The notes: generated by a model not told the origin, from the letters alone. A stretch of DNA of 64,000 nucleotides from Deltaproteobacteria bacterium (GCA_040218735.1 JAVJQW010000006.1:32001-96000), one strand, 5' to 3'. Counted from the stretch's first letter, positions 17,978 through 28,002 are shown. Translations and numbers: made by a program.

Positions 17978-19402
17978 GTGTGGTTGTCGATCCCCGCTTT
18001 GAGTGAGGCTCCCCGGCACAGCTCGGCCTTCCGCTTCCGCCGCGTCCTGAACTGGTTCCCGCTCGGGCTCGCCTACGCGTTCCTCTACATGGGGCGCTAC
18101 AACCTGACGGTCGCGAAGAACGCCCTCGGCGACCTCATGACGAAGGCCGAGTTCGGAGAGATCTTCGGGGTCGGGGCGCTCGTCTACGGCTTTGCTTTTG
18201 TCATCAACGGGCCGCTCACCGACCGGCTCGGCGGGCGCTTCTCGATGCTCGTGGGTGTGCTCGGCGCGCTCATCATGAACGCCGCGATGGGGGGGGTCCT
18301 GTACGGGCGCGAACACTGGGGGCTCGACCTGCCGATCGGCCTCACGTTCACGTTCCTCTACGCCGGCAACATGTACTTCCAGTCGTTCGGCGCCGTCGCG
18401 ATCGTGACGACGAAGGCACCGTGGTTCCACGTCCGCGAGCGCGGGACGTTCTCCACCATCTTCGGCGTGATGATCTCACTCGGCGTGTACTTCGCGTTCC
18501 AGTGGGGCGGGGCGCTCGTCGCGGCGACACGGGCGAAGGTCGACGGCGACATCCCGTGGTTCGGCGACCTCGCGCAGCTCCTCCTCGGCGTCGGCAACTC
18601 GGGCGTCGATCAGAACTGGTGGCTGTTCTTCACCCCCGCGCTCATCCTCGCGTTCTTCTGGGTCGTGATGTTCATGTTCCTGAGGAACACGCCTTCGGAC
18701 GCGGGTTTCGAGGACTTCGACACCGGTGAGGAGTCCGTCAGCGACGACGGCGAGCGGCTCCCCGTCGCCGTCATCTTCCGCAAGATCATGACCCACCCCG
18801 TCCTGGTGGTCATCTGCGGCATCGAGTTCTGCAGCGGCATCCTGAGGAATGGCGTCATGCAGTGGTACCTGATCTTCGCGAAGGAGACGGGCATCCGCGG
18901 CAACTTCTTCGTCCCCGACAACTGGGGCACGGTGCTCCTCTTCGCGGGTCTCGCCGGCTCGTTCCTCACCGGGTGGGCCTCCGACCGGTTCTTCTCGTCA
19001 CGGCGCGCGCCGATGGGCGGGATCCTGTACGGGCTGATGCTCGCGTCGACGGTGCTGATGTGCTTCACGCTCGGCGGGAGCTACTGGCTCGTCGGCAGCG
19101 CGGTGGTGCTGGTGTCGATGGCGGTGATCGGTGTCCACGGCATCATGTCCGGCACGTCGACGGTTGACTTCGGCGGCGCCAAGAACGCGGGCGCCGCGGT
19201 GGGCATCGTGGACGGGCTCGTCTACCTCGGCACCGGCCTGCAGTCCTTCGCGGCCGGGTACATGACCCCCACCGGTGACGCCGCCAAGGACCCCGCGAAC
19301 TGGGTGGGCTGGCCGGCGTTCCTGGTGCCGTTTGCGCTGATCGGGGTGCTCCTCTCCCTCAAGATCTGGAACGCCGCGCCGCGCTCGAAATCCGCACATT
19401 AG
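17978..19402 (+). CDS. MFS transporter, organophosphate:Pi antiporter (GlpT/UhpC-like)
   Basis: YAFLYMGRYNL, GPLTDRLGGR, WFHVRERGTF, GWASDRFF; multiple TM helices. Start is uncertain. Confidence 0.85.
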   Translation: MWLSIPALSEAPRHSSAFRFRRVLNWFPLGLAYAFLYMGRYNLTVAKNALGDLMTKAEFGEIFGVGALVYGFAFVINGPLTDRLGGRFSMLVGVLGALIMNAAMGGVLYGREHWGLDLPIGLTFTFLYAGNMYFQSFGAVAIVTTKAPWFHVRERGTFSTIFGVMISLGVYFAFQWGGALVAATRAKVDGDIPWFGDLAQLLLGVGNSGVDQNWWLFFTPALILAFFWVVMFMFLRNTPSDAGFEDFDTGEESVSDDGERLPVAVIFRKIMTHPVLVVICGIEFCSGILRNGVMQWYLIFAKETGIRGNFFVPDNWGTVLLFAGLAGSFLTGWASDRFFSSRRAPMGGILYGLMLASTVLMCFTLGGSYWLVGSAVVLVSMAVIGVHGIMSGTSTVDFGGAKNAGAAVGIVDGLVYLGTGLQSFAAGYMTPTGDAAKDPANWVGWPAFLVPFALIGVLLSLKIWNAAPRSKSAH

Positions 19403-19474
19403 CCCGGTTCTGAAAAAAGGCTTCAACGAAGCCGGGGTCGTGCCGACCTGAAACGTTCGAAAGTGAGGCACGAC

Positions 19475-19825
19475 ATGGCCGAATCAGCGGGCATCATCGG
19501 AAAAGGCATTCGAATCAAGGGCGAGCTCTCCGGCACCGGCGAGCTGGTCGTCGCGGGTGAGATCGACGGGCGCATCGACCTGTCGGACCACCTCAAGGTC
19601 GACGAGAGCGGCGTCGTGAACGCGGAGATCTCCGCGAAGCAGCTGACGGTCTTCGGCAAGGCGTCGGGCGACATGACGGCCAACGAGAAGATCGAGGTCA
19701 AGGCGTCGGCCACCGTCATCGGCGACGTGAAGACGCCCAGCATCATGATCGAAGACGGCGCGACCTTCCGCGGCAACGTGCACATGGACGTGCAGCTGCC
19801 CGAGGGTGTCGGGAGGCGGAGCTGA
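19475..19825 (+). CDS. Bactofilin (polymer-forming cytoskeletal protein) 1
   Basis: IIGKGIRIKGEL..IEDGATFRGNVHM beta-helix repeats. Confidence 0.92.
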   Translation: MAESAGIIGKGIRIKGELSGTGELVVAGEIDGRIDLSDHLKVDESGVVNAEISAKQLTVFGKASGDMTANEKIEVKASATVIGDVKTPSIMIEDGATFRGNVHMDVQLPEGVGRRS

Positions 19826-20139
19826 TGGCTACGAAGACGACCATCGGCACCTCCATCACGATCGACGGCACGATCACGAGCAAGGACGACATCGTCGTGC
19901 ACGGCAAGATGCAAGGTAAGTTGACGACGTCCCGCGACGTGAAGATCGCCAAGGAAGGCACGCTCGAAGCGGACGTCGACGCGAAGACGGTTCAGATCGT
20001 CGGCGCCCTGCGCGGCGGCATCCAGGCCAGCGGCAAGGCGGTCATCGAGCCCGACGGCAAGATGATCGGCGACATCAAGGCTCCGCGGATCCTGATCGCG
20101 GACGGCGCTCGGTTCACCGGGCACATCGACATGGGGTGA
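19825..20139 (+). CDS. Bactofilin 2
   Basis: TTIGTSITIDGTI..GDIKAPRILIADGARFTGHIDM. Confidence 0.92.
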   Translation: MATKTTIGTSITIDGTITSKDDIVVHGKMQGKLTTSRDVKIAKEGTLEADVDAKTVQIVGALRGGIQASGKAVIEPDGKMIGDIKAPRILIADGARFTGHIDMG

Positions 20140-20648
20140 GCGAGATGACGAACACGAAGAAACGAAACACGCTGACCCCGACCGAGATCGGGGCCGAGAC
20201 CAAGGTCCAGGGCCGCATCTTCGGTGAAGAGGACCTGTCGATCCTCGGGCACGTCCTCGGCAACATCACCATCCTCGGCACCGTCGACGTCGCGGACGGC
20301 GGCATCGTCGAGGCCGACGTCGAGGCGACGAAGGTCGTCGTGTCCGGCGTGGTCGTCGGGAACGTGACCGCGACCGAGGCGCTGATCATCGAGTCCACCG
20401 GCCGCGTCGTCGGTGAGCTGTCCGCCCCGACGCTCCGCATCGTGCAGGGCGCGCAGTACTCCGGCCGCCTCGACGTGGGGCGCATGGAGACGAAGGCGAC
20501 GGCCGAGCCGAAGACCGACACCAAGACCGAGACGACCCACGAAGAGCAGACGAAGAGCGAAGATCTCCCCGCGCCGGTTCCGCTGGCCGAGGCGCGTCGT
20601 GACCGCGACCGCCCGACCAAGCGCGTGCTCGTGAAGAAGCGCGCGTAG
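20136..20648 (+). CDS. Bactofilin 3 with charged C-terminal tail (BacP-like)
   Basis: Bactofilin core plus about 55-aa tail ending PTKRVLVKKRA. Confidence 0.88.
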   Translation: MSEMTNTKKRNTLTPTEIGAETKVQGRIFGEEDLSILGHVLGNITILGTVDVADGGIVEADVEATKVVVSGVVVGNVTATEALIIESTGRVVGELSAPTLRIVQGAQYSGRLDVGRMETKATAEPKTDTKTETTHEEQTKSEDLPAPVPLAEARRDRDRPTKRVLVKKRA

Positions 20649-20757
20649 GGGCCGGACTCCGACGAAGAGTGTGTGCATGGTGCGGGTGCGTCGCGAATGG
20701 ATTCGCGGCGCGCCCGTTTCCCCTTACGTTCTCACTTCGCTGCTAAGCTCCCTGAAC

Positions 20758-21672
20758 GTGAGCGTCACCCAACACCACGAACCCGCCTGCGACCCTTGCT
20801 CCGATTCCCACGTCGTCGCCCTGAAGATCGCGGCGCGCGAGCGTGACATCGGCGCGTTCACCGTCGCGCGCATCCTCCCGTCGGCGCGGCGGCGGCTCGT
20901 CGGCCCGTTCATCTTCTTCGATCACATGGGCCCCGCCGAGCTTCCGCCCGGCGTCGGGATGAACGTGCGACCGCACCCGCACATCGGGCTCGCCACGGTG
21001 ACGTACCTGTTCGAGGGTGAGATCCACCACCGCGACAGCCTCGGCTTCTCGCAGCCGATCCGCCCCGGCGCGATCAACTGGATGACGGCGGGCCGCGGCA
21101 TCGTGCACTCGGAGCGAAGCAGCCCCGAAGTAACGGCCGCCGCGGCGCGCGTGCACGGCATTCAGCTCTGGGTCGCGCTCCCCAAGGAACACGAAGAAGC
21201 CGAGCCGGCGTTCGTACATCACCCGGCCGACACCATCCCGGCCGTCGAGCTCGACGGTGTGAAGCTGCGCTTGCTGATCGGTTCCGCGTACGGGGTCGCG
21301 TCGCCCGTGCAGACGCTCGCCCCCATGATCTACGCCGAGGTGATCCTCGAGCCGGGGGCATCAGTCGCGCTCCCCGACGTGGAGGAGCGCGCGGCGTACG
21401 TCGTGACGGGGGCGCTCCAGGCCGGCGACGAAACGGGCGCGGCCCGCGAGATGCTGGTGTTCGAACCCGGCGCGGTCACCGTGCGCGCGGGGGAGGAGGG
21501 CGCGCACGTGATGTTGATCGGCGGCCCGCCGATCGATGGCGAGCGCCACATCTTCTGGAACTTCGTCTCCAGCTCCAAGGCGCGCATCGAACGCGCGAAG
21601 TCCGAGTGGCGCGACGAGAAGTTCCCGCTCGTACCGGGCGACGACGCCGAACGCATCCCGCTCCCCGAGTAA
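20758..21672 (+). CDS. Pirin family protein
   Basis: PFIFFDHMG, HPHIGLATVTYLFEG, WMTAGRGIVHSE. Confidence 0.93.
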   Translation: MSVTQHHEPACDPCSDSHVVALKIAARERDIGAFTVARILPSARRRLVGPFIFFDHMGPAELPPGVGMNVRPHPHIGLATVTYLFEGEIHHRDSLGFSQPIRPGAINWMTAGRGIVHSERSSPEVTAAAARVHGIQLWVALPKEHEEAEPAFVHHPADTIPAVELDGVKLRLLIGSAYGVASPVQTLAPMIYAEVILEPGASVALPDVEERAAYVVTGALQAGDETGAAREMLVFEPGAVTVRAGEEGAHVMLIGGPPIDGERHIFWNFVSSSKARIERAKSEWRDEKFPLVPGDDAERIPLPE

Positions 21673-21746
21673 CACGCTGCCCCTTCAAATCCTCCCGTCC
21701 TTACGGTCCTTCCGATCGGTGGTCCTCGGCGGCGACCTGGCGGACA

Positions 21747-22415
21747 ATGCCGGACGTGTCCGGTCCGGAAGACGTCGCGAACCCGTTTGCCGCGCCCGAA
21801 GCCGCGGAGGCGATCGCGCCCGGGACCGATCTGTACGGGTACGAGGCGCCGCGCACCGCGGTCGTCGGAGGGCTCTACGCGTGCGCGGTGGTCAACACCC
21901 TGACGCTGATTCCGATCATCGCGATGAACGAGCGCATCTCCGATCCGATGTCGCTCCTCGACGGAAGCCCGCTGGCCATCGCGTACCTCGCGACGTCGAT
22001 GCTCGGCGGGCTCATCTTCTACGTGACCGTCGTCCTCTGGGCCCGCTGGGTCATGCGCGCCGCCCGCAACCTGCGGGCGTTCTCCCCCGACGGCTACTTC
22101 GCGTTCACGCCCGGCTCCCACGTGTGGTGGTACATCGTGCCGTTCCTCTCGCTGTGGAAACCGCTGGAAGGCATGCGTGAGATCGAGACGGTCTCGCTGA
22201 TGAGCGCCGACATCGCAGACGTCCCGAGGACGAGCCCCGTCGGCATATGGTGGGCGCTGTGGATCGGTCAGATCTTCATGAGCATGATCGTGAGCTGGTC
22301 GAACCTGTGGTGGATGATGATCGCCGGAGGGCTCACCGCGGCGAGCGCGGCCCTCGCCGCGGCCCGCGTGGTGAAGTACATCAACCGCCTGCAGGAGGCG
22401 CGCGCGACGCGCTGA
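21747..22415 (+). CDS. DUF4328-like membrane protein
   Basis: W..RAARNL, WWYIVPFLSLWKP, VGIWWALW. Confidence 0.75.
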   Translation: MPDVSGPEDVANPFAAPEAAEAIAPGTDLYGYEAPRTAVVGGLYACAVVNTLTLIPIIAMNERISDPMSLLDGSPLAIAYLATSMLGGLIFYVTVVLWARWVMRAARNLRAFSPDGYFAFTPGSHVWWYIVPFLSLWKPLEGMREIETVSLMSADIADVPRTSPVGIWWALWIGQIFMSMIVSWSNLWWMMIAGGLTAASAALAAARVVKYINRLQEARATR

Positions 22416-22455
22416 CCAGCGCGCCCGCGTCACCGCACGTCGAGGCCCGCCCCGA

Positions 22456-23199
22456 TCAGCGCGCGTCCAAGCCGCGCTCGATCTCCTGGGCGATCGCGCC
22501 GACCGCCGCGAGGGGGCTGCCGATCGCGGAGGGGGCCTTGGTGATCGGGCGCCCGATCACGAGGTAGTCGGCGCCGTCGCGGATCGCCTCGAACGGGGTC
22601 GCCGTCGCCTTCTGGTCGTGCGTGCGGGCCCACTCGGGCCGGATGCCGGGGACCACCTTCAGCATCTTGCGCCCGTCGGCGGTGGTCATCGGGTGGTCCT
22701 TCAGGATCTCGAGCTCCAGCGGCGAGCAGACGACGCCGGCCATGTTGCACTCGCCCGCCCAGGTCGCGAAGCGCTTCACGACGGTCTTGCGATCGGCGCC
22801 GTACATCTCTTCGCACTCGGCGTCGGACAGCGACGTGAGCGCGGTGATTGCGAGGGGCTTCGCGCCGTTCGGTCCGCACGCTTCGACGGCGGCCTTCATC
22901 GCGACGCGCCCGCCGCTCGCGTGCACGGAGATGAACTCGATGCCCGGGAGCTCGTTCGAGTTCTTCGCGGCGGAGGCGACGGTGAGCGGGATGTCGTGGA
23001 ACTTGGCGTCGTAGAAGAACTTCGCGTTGGAGTGTTTCTTCAGGATCTGCGCGAACACCGCGGGGCCGGAGTTGGCGAGCATCTGCAGCCCGATCTTGAA
23101 GAGCCCGACGGCGTCCCCGATCTCCAGGGCGATGAGCAGGGCCTGCTCGATCCGGTCGACGTCGATGGCGAGGATGATGCGGTCGGAGGCCTTGTCCAT
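22456..23199 (-). CDS. pyrF: Orotidine-5'-phosphate decarboxylase
   Basis: FYDAKFHDIPLTV (DxKxxD), VVPGIRP, GADYLVIGRPIT. Confidence 0.95.
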   Translation of the reverse strand: MDKASDRIILAIDVDRIEQALLIALEIGDAVGLFKIGLQMLANSGPAVFAQILKKHSNAKFFYDAKFHDIPLTVASAAKNSNELPGIEFISVHASGGRVAMKAAVEACGPNGAKPLAITALTSLSDAECEEMYGADRKTVVKRFATWAGECNMAGVVCSPLELEILKDHPMTTADGRKMLKVVPGIRPEWARTHDQKATATPFEAIRDGADYLVIGRPITKAPSAIGSPLAAVGAIAQEIERGLDAR

Positions 23200-23250
23200 G
23201 GCGTGTTCTCGCGCCCCTATAACACACTCGTGTGCTAGTCTCCGCCGCCC

Positions 23251-24846
23251 ATGAGCGACACCGGTGACCGGATGCAGAAGATCGTCTCGCTGTGCAAACG
23301 GCGAGGGTTCGTGTTCCAGAGCAGCGAGATCTACGGCGGCCTGAAGAGCGCGTACGACTACGGTCCGATGGGCGTGGAGCTCAAGCGCAACCTCATGAAC
23401 GAGTGGTGGCGCGACATGGTGCACACCCGCGAGGACGTGGTCGGGCTCGACGCCTCCATCATGATGCACTCCGACGTCTGGCGCGCGTCCGGACACCTCT
23501 CCTCGTTCTCGGACCCGCTCGTCGACTGCAAGGTGTGTGGGGAGCGCTTCCGCGCCGACAAGGCGCCGCGCGCCGAGGCGGGGGCGGACGCGCCGATCGA
23601 GCTCGCCGACAAGGGGCGCGCGAAGACGGCGCTCGAGAAGGTCGAGAAGACGCTCGGCGTCACGCTGGAGCGCAAGGGCAAGACCCTCCACGGCGCGAAG
23701 GCGACGGACCGCGGCTACGTCTGCGCGAACTGCGGGTCGCCGTTCCTCTCGGAGGAGCGCCAGTTCAACCTGATGTTCCGCACCAACATCGGCGCGGTCG
23801 ACCCGATCGGTCGCGCGACGGAGGACGTCCTCGCGTTGGTCGAGAAGGCGAAGGCCGGCGAGGTCGACCTCGCGGCGGAGCTGAAGAACGTCCTCGCGTC
23901 GGCGGTGACCGACTCGGCGGTGTACCTGCGGCCGGAGACCGCGCAGGCGATGTTCGTGAACTTCATGAACGTCGCGCAGAGCGCAAACGTGAAGGTGCCG
24001 TTCGGCATCGCGCAGATGGGGAAGAGCTTCCGGAACGAGGTGACGGTCGAGCACTTCATCTTCCGCTCGTGTGAGTTCGAGCAGATGGAGATGGAGTTCT
24101 TCTGCCGCCCCGGCGACGGCCCGAAGTACATGGACTACTGGAAGGAGCAGCGCCTGAGCTGGTGGCGCTCGATCGGGTTGTCGAACGACAACCTGCGCTT
24201 CCGCAAACACGACGATGACGAGCTCGCGCACTACTCCGACGGTTGTTACGACGTGGAGTACAACTTCCCGTGGGGCTGGGACGAGCTCGAGGGCATCGCG
24301 AGCCGCACGAACTACGATCTGAACGCCCACGCGGTGGGGTCGGGGAAGAAGCTCAACTACTTCGAGCCGGAGACCGAGGATCCCGACACCGGCAAGAAGG
24401 GCTGGCGGTACGTGCCGCACGTCGTCGAGCCGGCGGCGGGGGCGACGCGCGGGATGCTCGCGGTGCTGTGTGACGCGTTCGACGACAGCGAGGTCGCCGA
24501 GGAGGGCAAGCCGCAGCGCACGGTGCTCCGGTTCAAGCCGCGCCTCGCGCCGATCAAGGCGGCGGTGTTGCCGCTGGTGAAGAAGGACGGGATGCCGGAG
24601 GCCGCGCGAGCGATCGCGGACGCGTTCTTCAAGGCGGGCATCAACGCGAGCTACGACGAGACCCACGCGATCGGTAAGCGCTACGCGCGCCACGACGAGA
24701 TCGGGACGCCGTACTGCCTGACCGTCGACGGCCAGACGAAGGAAGACGAGACCGTCACGATCCGCTACCGCGACACACGCGAGCAGGAGCGCATCCCGGT
24801 GCAGCAGGCGGTCGAGGTCGTGAAGAAGGCGCTGGCCGAAGACTGA
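23251..24846 (+). CDS. glyQS: Glycine--tRNA ligase (homodimeric alpha2 type)
   Basis: CKRRGFVFQSSEIYGG, YLRPETAQ, GKSFRNE, ELEGIASR, IGKRYARHDEIGTP. Confidence 0.96.
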   Translation: MSDTGDRMQKIVSLCKRRGFVFQSSEIYGGLKSAYDYGPMGVELKRNLMNEWWRDMVHTREDVVGLDASIMMHSDVWRASGHLSSFSDPLVDCKVCGERFRADKAPRAEAGADAPIELADKGRAKTALEKVEKTLGVTLERKGKTLHGAKATDRGYVCANCGSPFLSEERQFNLMFRTNIGAVDPIGRATEDVLALVEKAKAGEVDLAAELKNVLASAVTDSAVYLRPETAQAMFVNFMNVAQSANVKVPFGIAQMGKSFRNEVTVEHFIFRSCEFEQMEMEFFCRPGDGPKYMDYWKEQRLSWWRSIGLSNDNLRFRKHDDDELAHYSDGCYDVEYNFPWGWDELEGIASRTNYDLNAHAVGSGKKLNYFEPETEDPDTGKKGWRYVPHVVEPAAGATRGMLAVLCDAFDDSEVAEEGKPQRTVLRFKPRLAPIKAAVLPLVKKDGMPEAARAIADAFFKAGINASYDETHAIGKRYARHDEIGTPYCLTVDGQTKEDETVTIRYRDTREQERIPVQQAVEVVKKALAED

Positions 24847-24847
24847 C

Positions 24848-25846
24848 GTGCGGGCCGCGCGCATCCATTCGTACGGGCCGCCCGACGTCCTGAAGATCGA
24901 CGACGTCGCGGTGCCGACGGCGGGGCCGAACGACGTGTTGATCGAGGTGCACGCGTCGAGCGTGAACCCGGTCGACACGAAGATCCGGTCGGGCGCGCAG
25001 CGCGGTGTGATTCGCTACGCGCTGCCGCACACGCTCGGGCTCGACGTGAGCGGCGTCGTCACCGAGGTGGGCGCGAACGTGACGGACTTCGAGGTGGGCG
25101 ACGAGGTCGTCAGCTCGCCGACGCACAAACGCCCGGGCTGTTACGCCGAGCACGTCGCGATCGATGCGAGCGCGGTGGCGAAGAAGGCACCGTCGTTGTC
25201 GCACCACGAAGCGGCGTCGATCCCGTTGGTCGCGTTGACCGCGTGGCAGGGGCTGGTCGACTTCGGTGGCGTGCGGGAGGGCGACAAGGTCTTCGTGCAG
25301 GCTGGGAGCGGTGGCGTCGGCTCGGTCGCGATTCAGATCGCGAAGCACTTCGGCGCGTACGTCGCGACGACGTGCAGCACGAGGAACGTGGAGCTCGTGA
25401 CTTCGCTGGGCGCGGACGAGGTCATCGACTACACGAAGGCGGACTACGCCGAGGTGCTCTCGGACTACGACATCGTCGTCGACAACCTCGGCTACGAGCA
25501 CCTGCCGAAGGCGCGCGGTGTCCTGAAGCGTGGCGGTCGGCTCGCGATGAACGTCGGCGGGATCCCGGGCGCGACGAAGAAGTATGGGCCGAACCTCGGC
25601 GCGGTCGCGGCGATCGGGGGTGCGGTACGGTTCATCGTGGCGTCGCGGCTCTTTCACGGCGTTCGGGCGCGCAACGTGCTGCGCCCCAGCGACGGCGGAC
25701 GTCTCGCGCAGATCATGGCGCTGTGTGAAGAGGGCGCGATCCGGCCGACGATCGACTCGGTGGTGCCGCTCGATCAGATCGCCGACGCGCACGCCAAGAG
25801 CGAGACGGGCCGCGCGCGCGGCAAGATCGTCATCGCGGTGAAGTAG
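24848..25846 (+). CDS. NADP-dependent oxidoreductase (MDR, quinone-reductase-like)
   Basis: SVNPVDTK, AGSGGVG, GADEVIDY, GRARGKIVI. Confidence 0.9.
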   Translation: MRAARIHSYGPPDVLKIDDVAVPTAGPNDVLIEVHASSVNPVDTKIRSGAQRGVIRYALPHTLGLDVSGVVTEVGANVTDFEVGDEVVSSPTHKRPGCYAEHVAIDASAVAKKAPSLSHHEAASIPLVALTAWQGLVDFGGVREGDKVFVQAGSGGVGSVAIQIAKHFGAYVATTCSTRNVELVTSLGADEVIDYTKADYAEVLSDYDIVVDNLGYEHLPKARGVLKRGGRLAMNVGGIPGATKKYGPNLGAVAAIGGAVRFIVASRLFHGVRARNVLRPSDGGRLAQIMALCEEGAIRPTIDSVVPLDQIADAHAKSETGRARGKIVIAVK

Positions 25847-25971
25847 GCCGTGTGTGTCAGCGCGCACGTTTCGCCGAACGTGCATGTTCGCTGTAGGAAG
25901 GGCGTCTCGAAACCAAACCTGGGAGGCGCCGCCGCACTTCGTCGGCGGCCAAGAAGAAAGATTTGTCGATT

Positions 25972-26547
25972 ATGCACGCCATCAAAGATTCACGTTCTCT
26001 CCTCATCGCCACACTGTTCTCGGCGACCGCGTTTGCCTGCGGCGGCGGCACCTCGTTCTCCGCCGGTGTCGACGGCAACAAGCAGGTGAAGGACCTCACG
26101 GACTCCGACGCGCAGACGCTCTGCAAGGCCGCCGAGGAGACGGCGAACGACTTCTTCGACGACAACAAGGACGGCTTCTGCAAGTTCAGCGGCGCGTTCG
26201 CGGGCATCTTCGCGGGCAGCCTCGGCGGCGACGCGCAGTCGACCTGCGAGATGGCCGTGACCCAGTGCGAGAGCCAGGCGTCTACGGAGCCCGCGATGTG
26301 CGAGCCGATGGTCACCGACTGCGAAGCCACGATCGCGGAGATCGAAGCCTGCTACAACGACTCGCTCGACGTCGCCGCCGACCTCCTCGACAAGTTCGCC
26401 GGGAAGTCCTGCGCGGACCTCATCGCCGACGAGAGCTCGCTGAACATCACCGCGGACACGCCGGCATCCTGCGTGGCGCTGGAAGAGAAGTGTCCGTCGC
26501 TCGAGTTCGGGAACGTCTCGGTGGGGACGAGCAGCACGGCGGGCTGA
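25972..26547 (+). CDS. Cys-rich lipoprotein, hypothetical
   Basis: Lipobox AFAC; acidic helical body with about 10 Cys. Confidence 0.75.
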   Translation: MHAIKDSRSLLIATLFSATAFACGGGTSFSAGVDGNKQVKDLTDSDAQTLCKAAEETANDFFDDNKDGFCKFSGAFAGIFAGSLGGDAQSTCEMAVTQCESQASTEPAMCEPMVTDCEATIAEIEACYNDSLDVAADLLDKFAGKSCADLIADESSLNITADTPASCVALEEKCPSLEFGNVSVGTSSTAG

Positions 26548-26558
26548 CAAGCCGACGC

Positions 26559-26606
26559 CTGACGAAGTCAGCCGACGGCGCCAAGGGAGCCGGCTGACTT
26601 CGTCAG
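26559..26606. terminator. Perfect 16-bp inverted repeat between convergent genes
   Basis: CTGACGAAGTCAGCCG-N16-CGGCTGACTTCGTCAG; no U-tract. Confidence 0.55.
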
Positions 26607-26619
26607 CGGCTGGGCTGCC

Positions 26620-27399
26620 TCAAAGATCCGTGGGGGCGCGGTCGAGGACATCCTCTTCCGCCATGAACACCGTGGGCTCGGCCCACCCATCCGGGACCTC
26701 GCCGTCGTCTCCGAGCAGCACGGTCTGCGGCGTCTTCGTCGGCAGGCCGGTGCGCGGCATCGAGGGATCGATGCGCTTGGGGAGCATCATCTCCACGGCG
26801 TCCGCGAACAGGCGCGCCTCCTTCGCCGCGACGCTGCGCGGCGCGATCGACACGACGGGCACGCCTTCGATCATCGCGCGCTCGTGCTGCGGGCGATCCG
26901 ACAGCGCGACGTTCATCAGCCAGTCGCGCGGCACGAGGCTCGCGCCGGCGAGGCGGGTGGTGCCGCGCGGGCCGCGCGTCCAGAAGACGCCGACGCGCAA
27001 CCACGGGCGGAGGCGCTGCGCTTCTTGAGCGAGCGCGAGCGTCGGGGTGAGGGTGTCGGTCGAGAGCACGCCCGGTATCACCGGGATGAGCACGACGTCC
27101 GACGCCATCATCGCGTTCCACTGCTTTTCTCGATCCATCGACGGCGTGTCGACGATGCCGACGTGGCCGCTCTGTTCGATGTGCTCGAGGAGCAGGTCGG
27201 GGCGAAGCAGCGCGCCGGCGAGCGCTTCGACGTGCACGTCGCACTGCGTTTCGAGCGCCCATCGCGTCGCGGCGCGGAAGGGATCACCGTCGATGAGGTC
27301 GACGCCTCGGCCACGCCGCGCAAGCTCGCCTGCGAGCGTGATGGTCGTGAGTGACTTGCCCGAACCCCCCTTGAGCCCGACGACCGCGATGACCGGCAT
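26620..27399 (-). CDS. ParA/MinD family ATPase
   Basis: Deviant Walker A KGGSGKS, IDGDP, IVDTP, SDVVLIPV. Confidence 0.85.
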   Translation of the reverse strand: MPVIAVVGLKGGSGKSLTTITLAGELARRGRGVDLIDGDPFRAATRWALETQCDVHVEALAGALLRPDLLLEHIEQSGHVGIVDTPSMDREKQWNAMMASDVVLIPVIPGVLSTDTLTPTLALAQEAQRLRPWLRVGVFWTRGPRGTTRLAGASLVPRDWLMNVALSDRPQHERAMIEGVPVVSIAPRSVAAKEARLFADAVEMMLPKRIDPSMPRTGLPTKTPQTVLLGDDGEVPDGWAEPTVFMAEEDVLDRAPTDL

Positions 27400-27443
27400 G
27401 CACGGTCATGTTGCAGACAACCCGGACCTCTACGCAAGACAGT

Positions 27444-27920
27444 TCAGCGACCGAATTTCTTCCACGCGTCCGGCAACGGCGCGTTCAGCAACCTCTCTGC
27501 GGAACCACCATCGAGCAGAACGAACTTCAACGTCGCCTGACATGCCACTTCTTCGTTCTGACTGATCATGACCTCGACCTCGATCACGCGGCGGTTCGCG
27601 TTCACGACGCGCCCATGGCCCACCGTCTCGACGCCGATGCGCACGGGACGCTTCAGGCGGCACTCGGCGTGCGTCGTGAAACCGAACTTGCCGAGCTTCT
27701 CGATGATCGCCCACGCCGCGACTTCGTCCGCTAGCGTCATGACCAGGCCGCCGTGCATGACACCCGGCGGTCCCTGGTAGCGATCGTCGGGGACGAACCG
27801 CGTCACGACCCCGCCATCCTCGCGCTCGAACGCGAGGCGAAAGCCGATCGGGTGCGCGGGCGCGCAGCCGAAACACGGTTGGTCTTCACCGAAGAGGCGG
27901 CCGTCGAGGGGCTCGTTCAT
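27444..27920 (-). CDS. PaaI family thioesterase
   Basis: CFGC..HPIG, YQGPPGVMHGGLVMTLADE. Confidence 0.88.
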   Translation of the reverse strand: MNEPLDGRLFGEDQPCFGCAPAHPIGFRLAFEREDGGVVTRFVPDDRYQGPPGVMHGGLVMTLADEVAAWAIIEKLGKFGFTTHAECRLKRPVRIGVETVGHGRVVNANRRVIEVEVMISQNEEVACQATLKFVLLDGGSAERLLNAPLPDAWKKFGR

Positions 27921-27963
27921 GCTCCGGCCGTAACAAGCCGCCCGCTCCGCGGCGACCCGAGAA

Positions 27964-27986
27964 TTGACATGGAAACGTTTGTTCAG
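27964..27986 (+). promoter_or_regulatory. -35 TTGACA plus SOS(LexA)-like box upstream of alkB-like gene
   Basis: GGAAAC-GTTT-GTTCAG at 27971-27986. Confidence 0.55.
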
Positions 27987-28002
27987 TATCTCGGTCCTCA
28001 GG

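Noticed and set aside
23200-24978. 840-aa extended pyrF
   Set aside because: The extension is antisense to GlyRS; the PyrF domain begins at ATG 23199.
25864-25883. Hairpin GCACGTT-N6-AACGTGC after the oxidoreductase gene
   Set aside because: Only a 7-bp stem and no U-tract; too weak to call a terminator.
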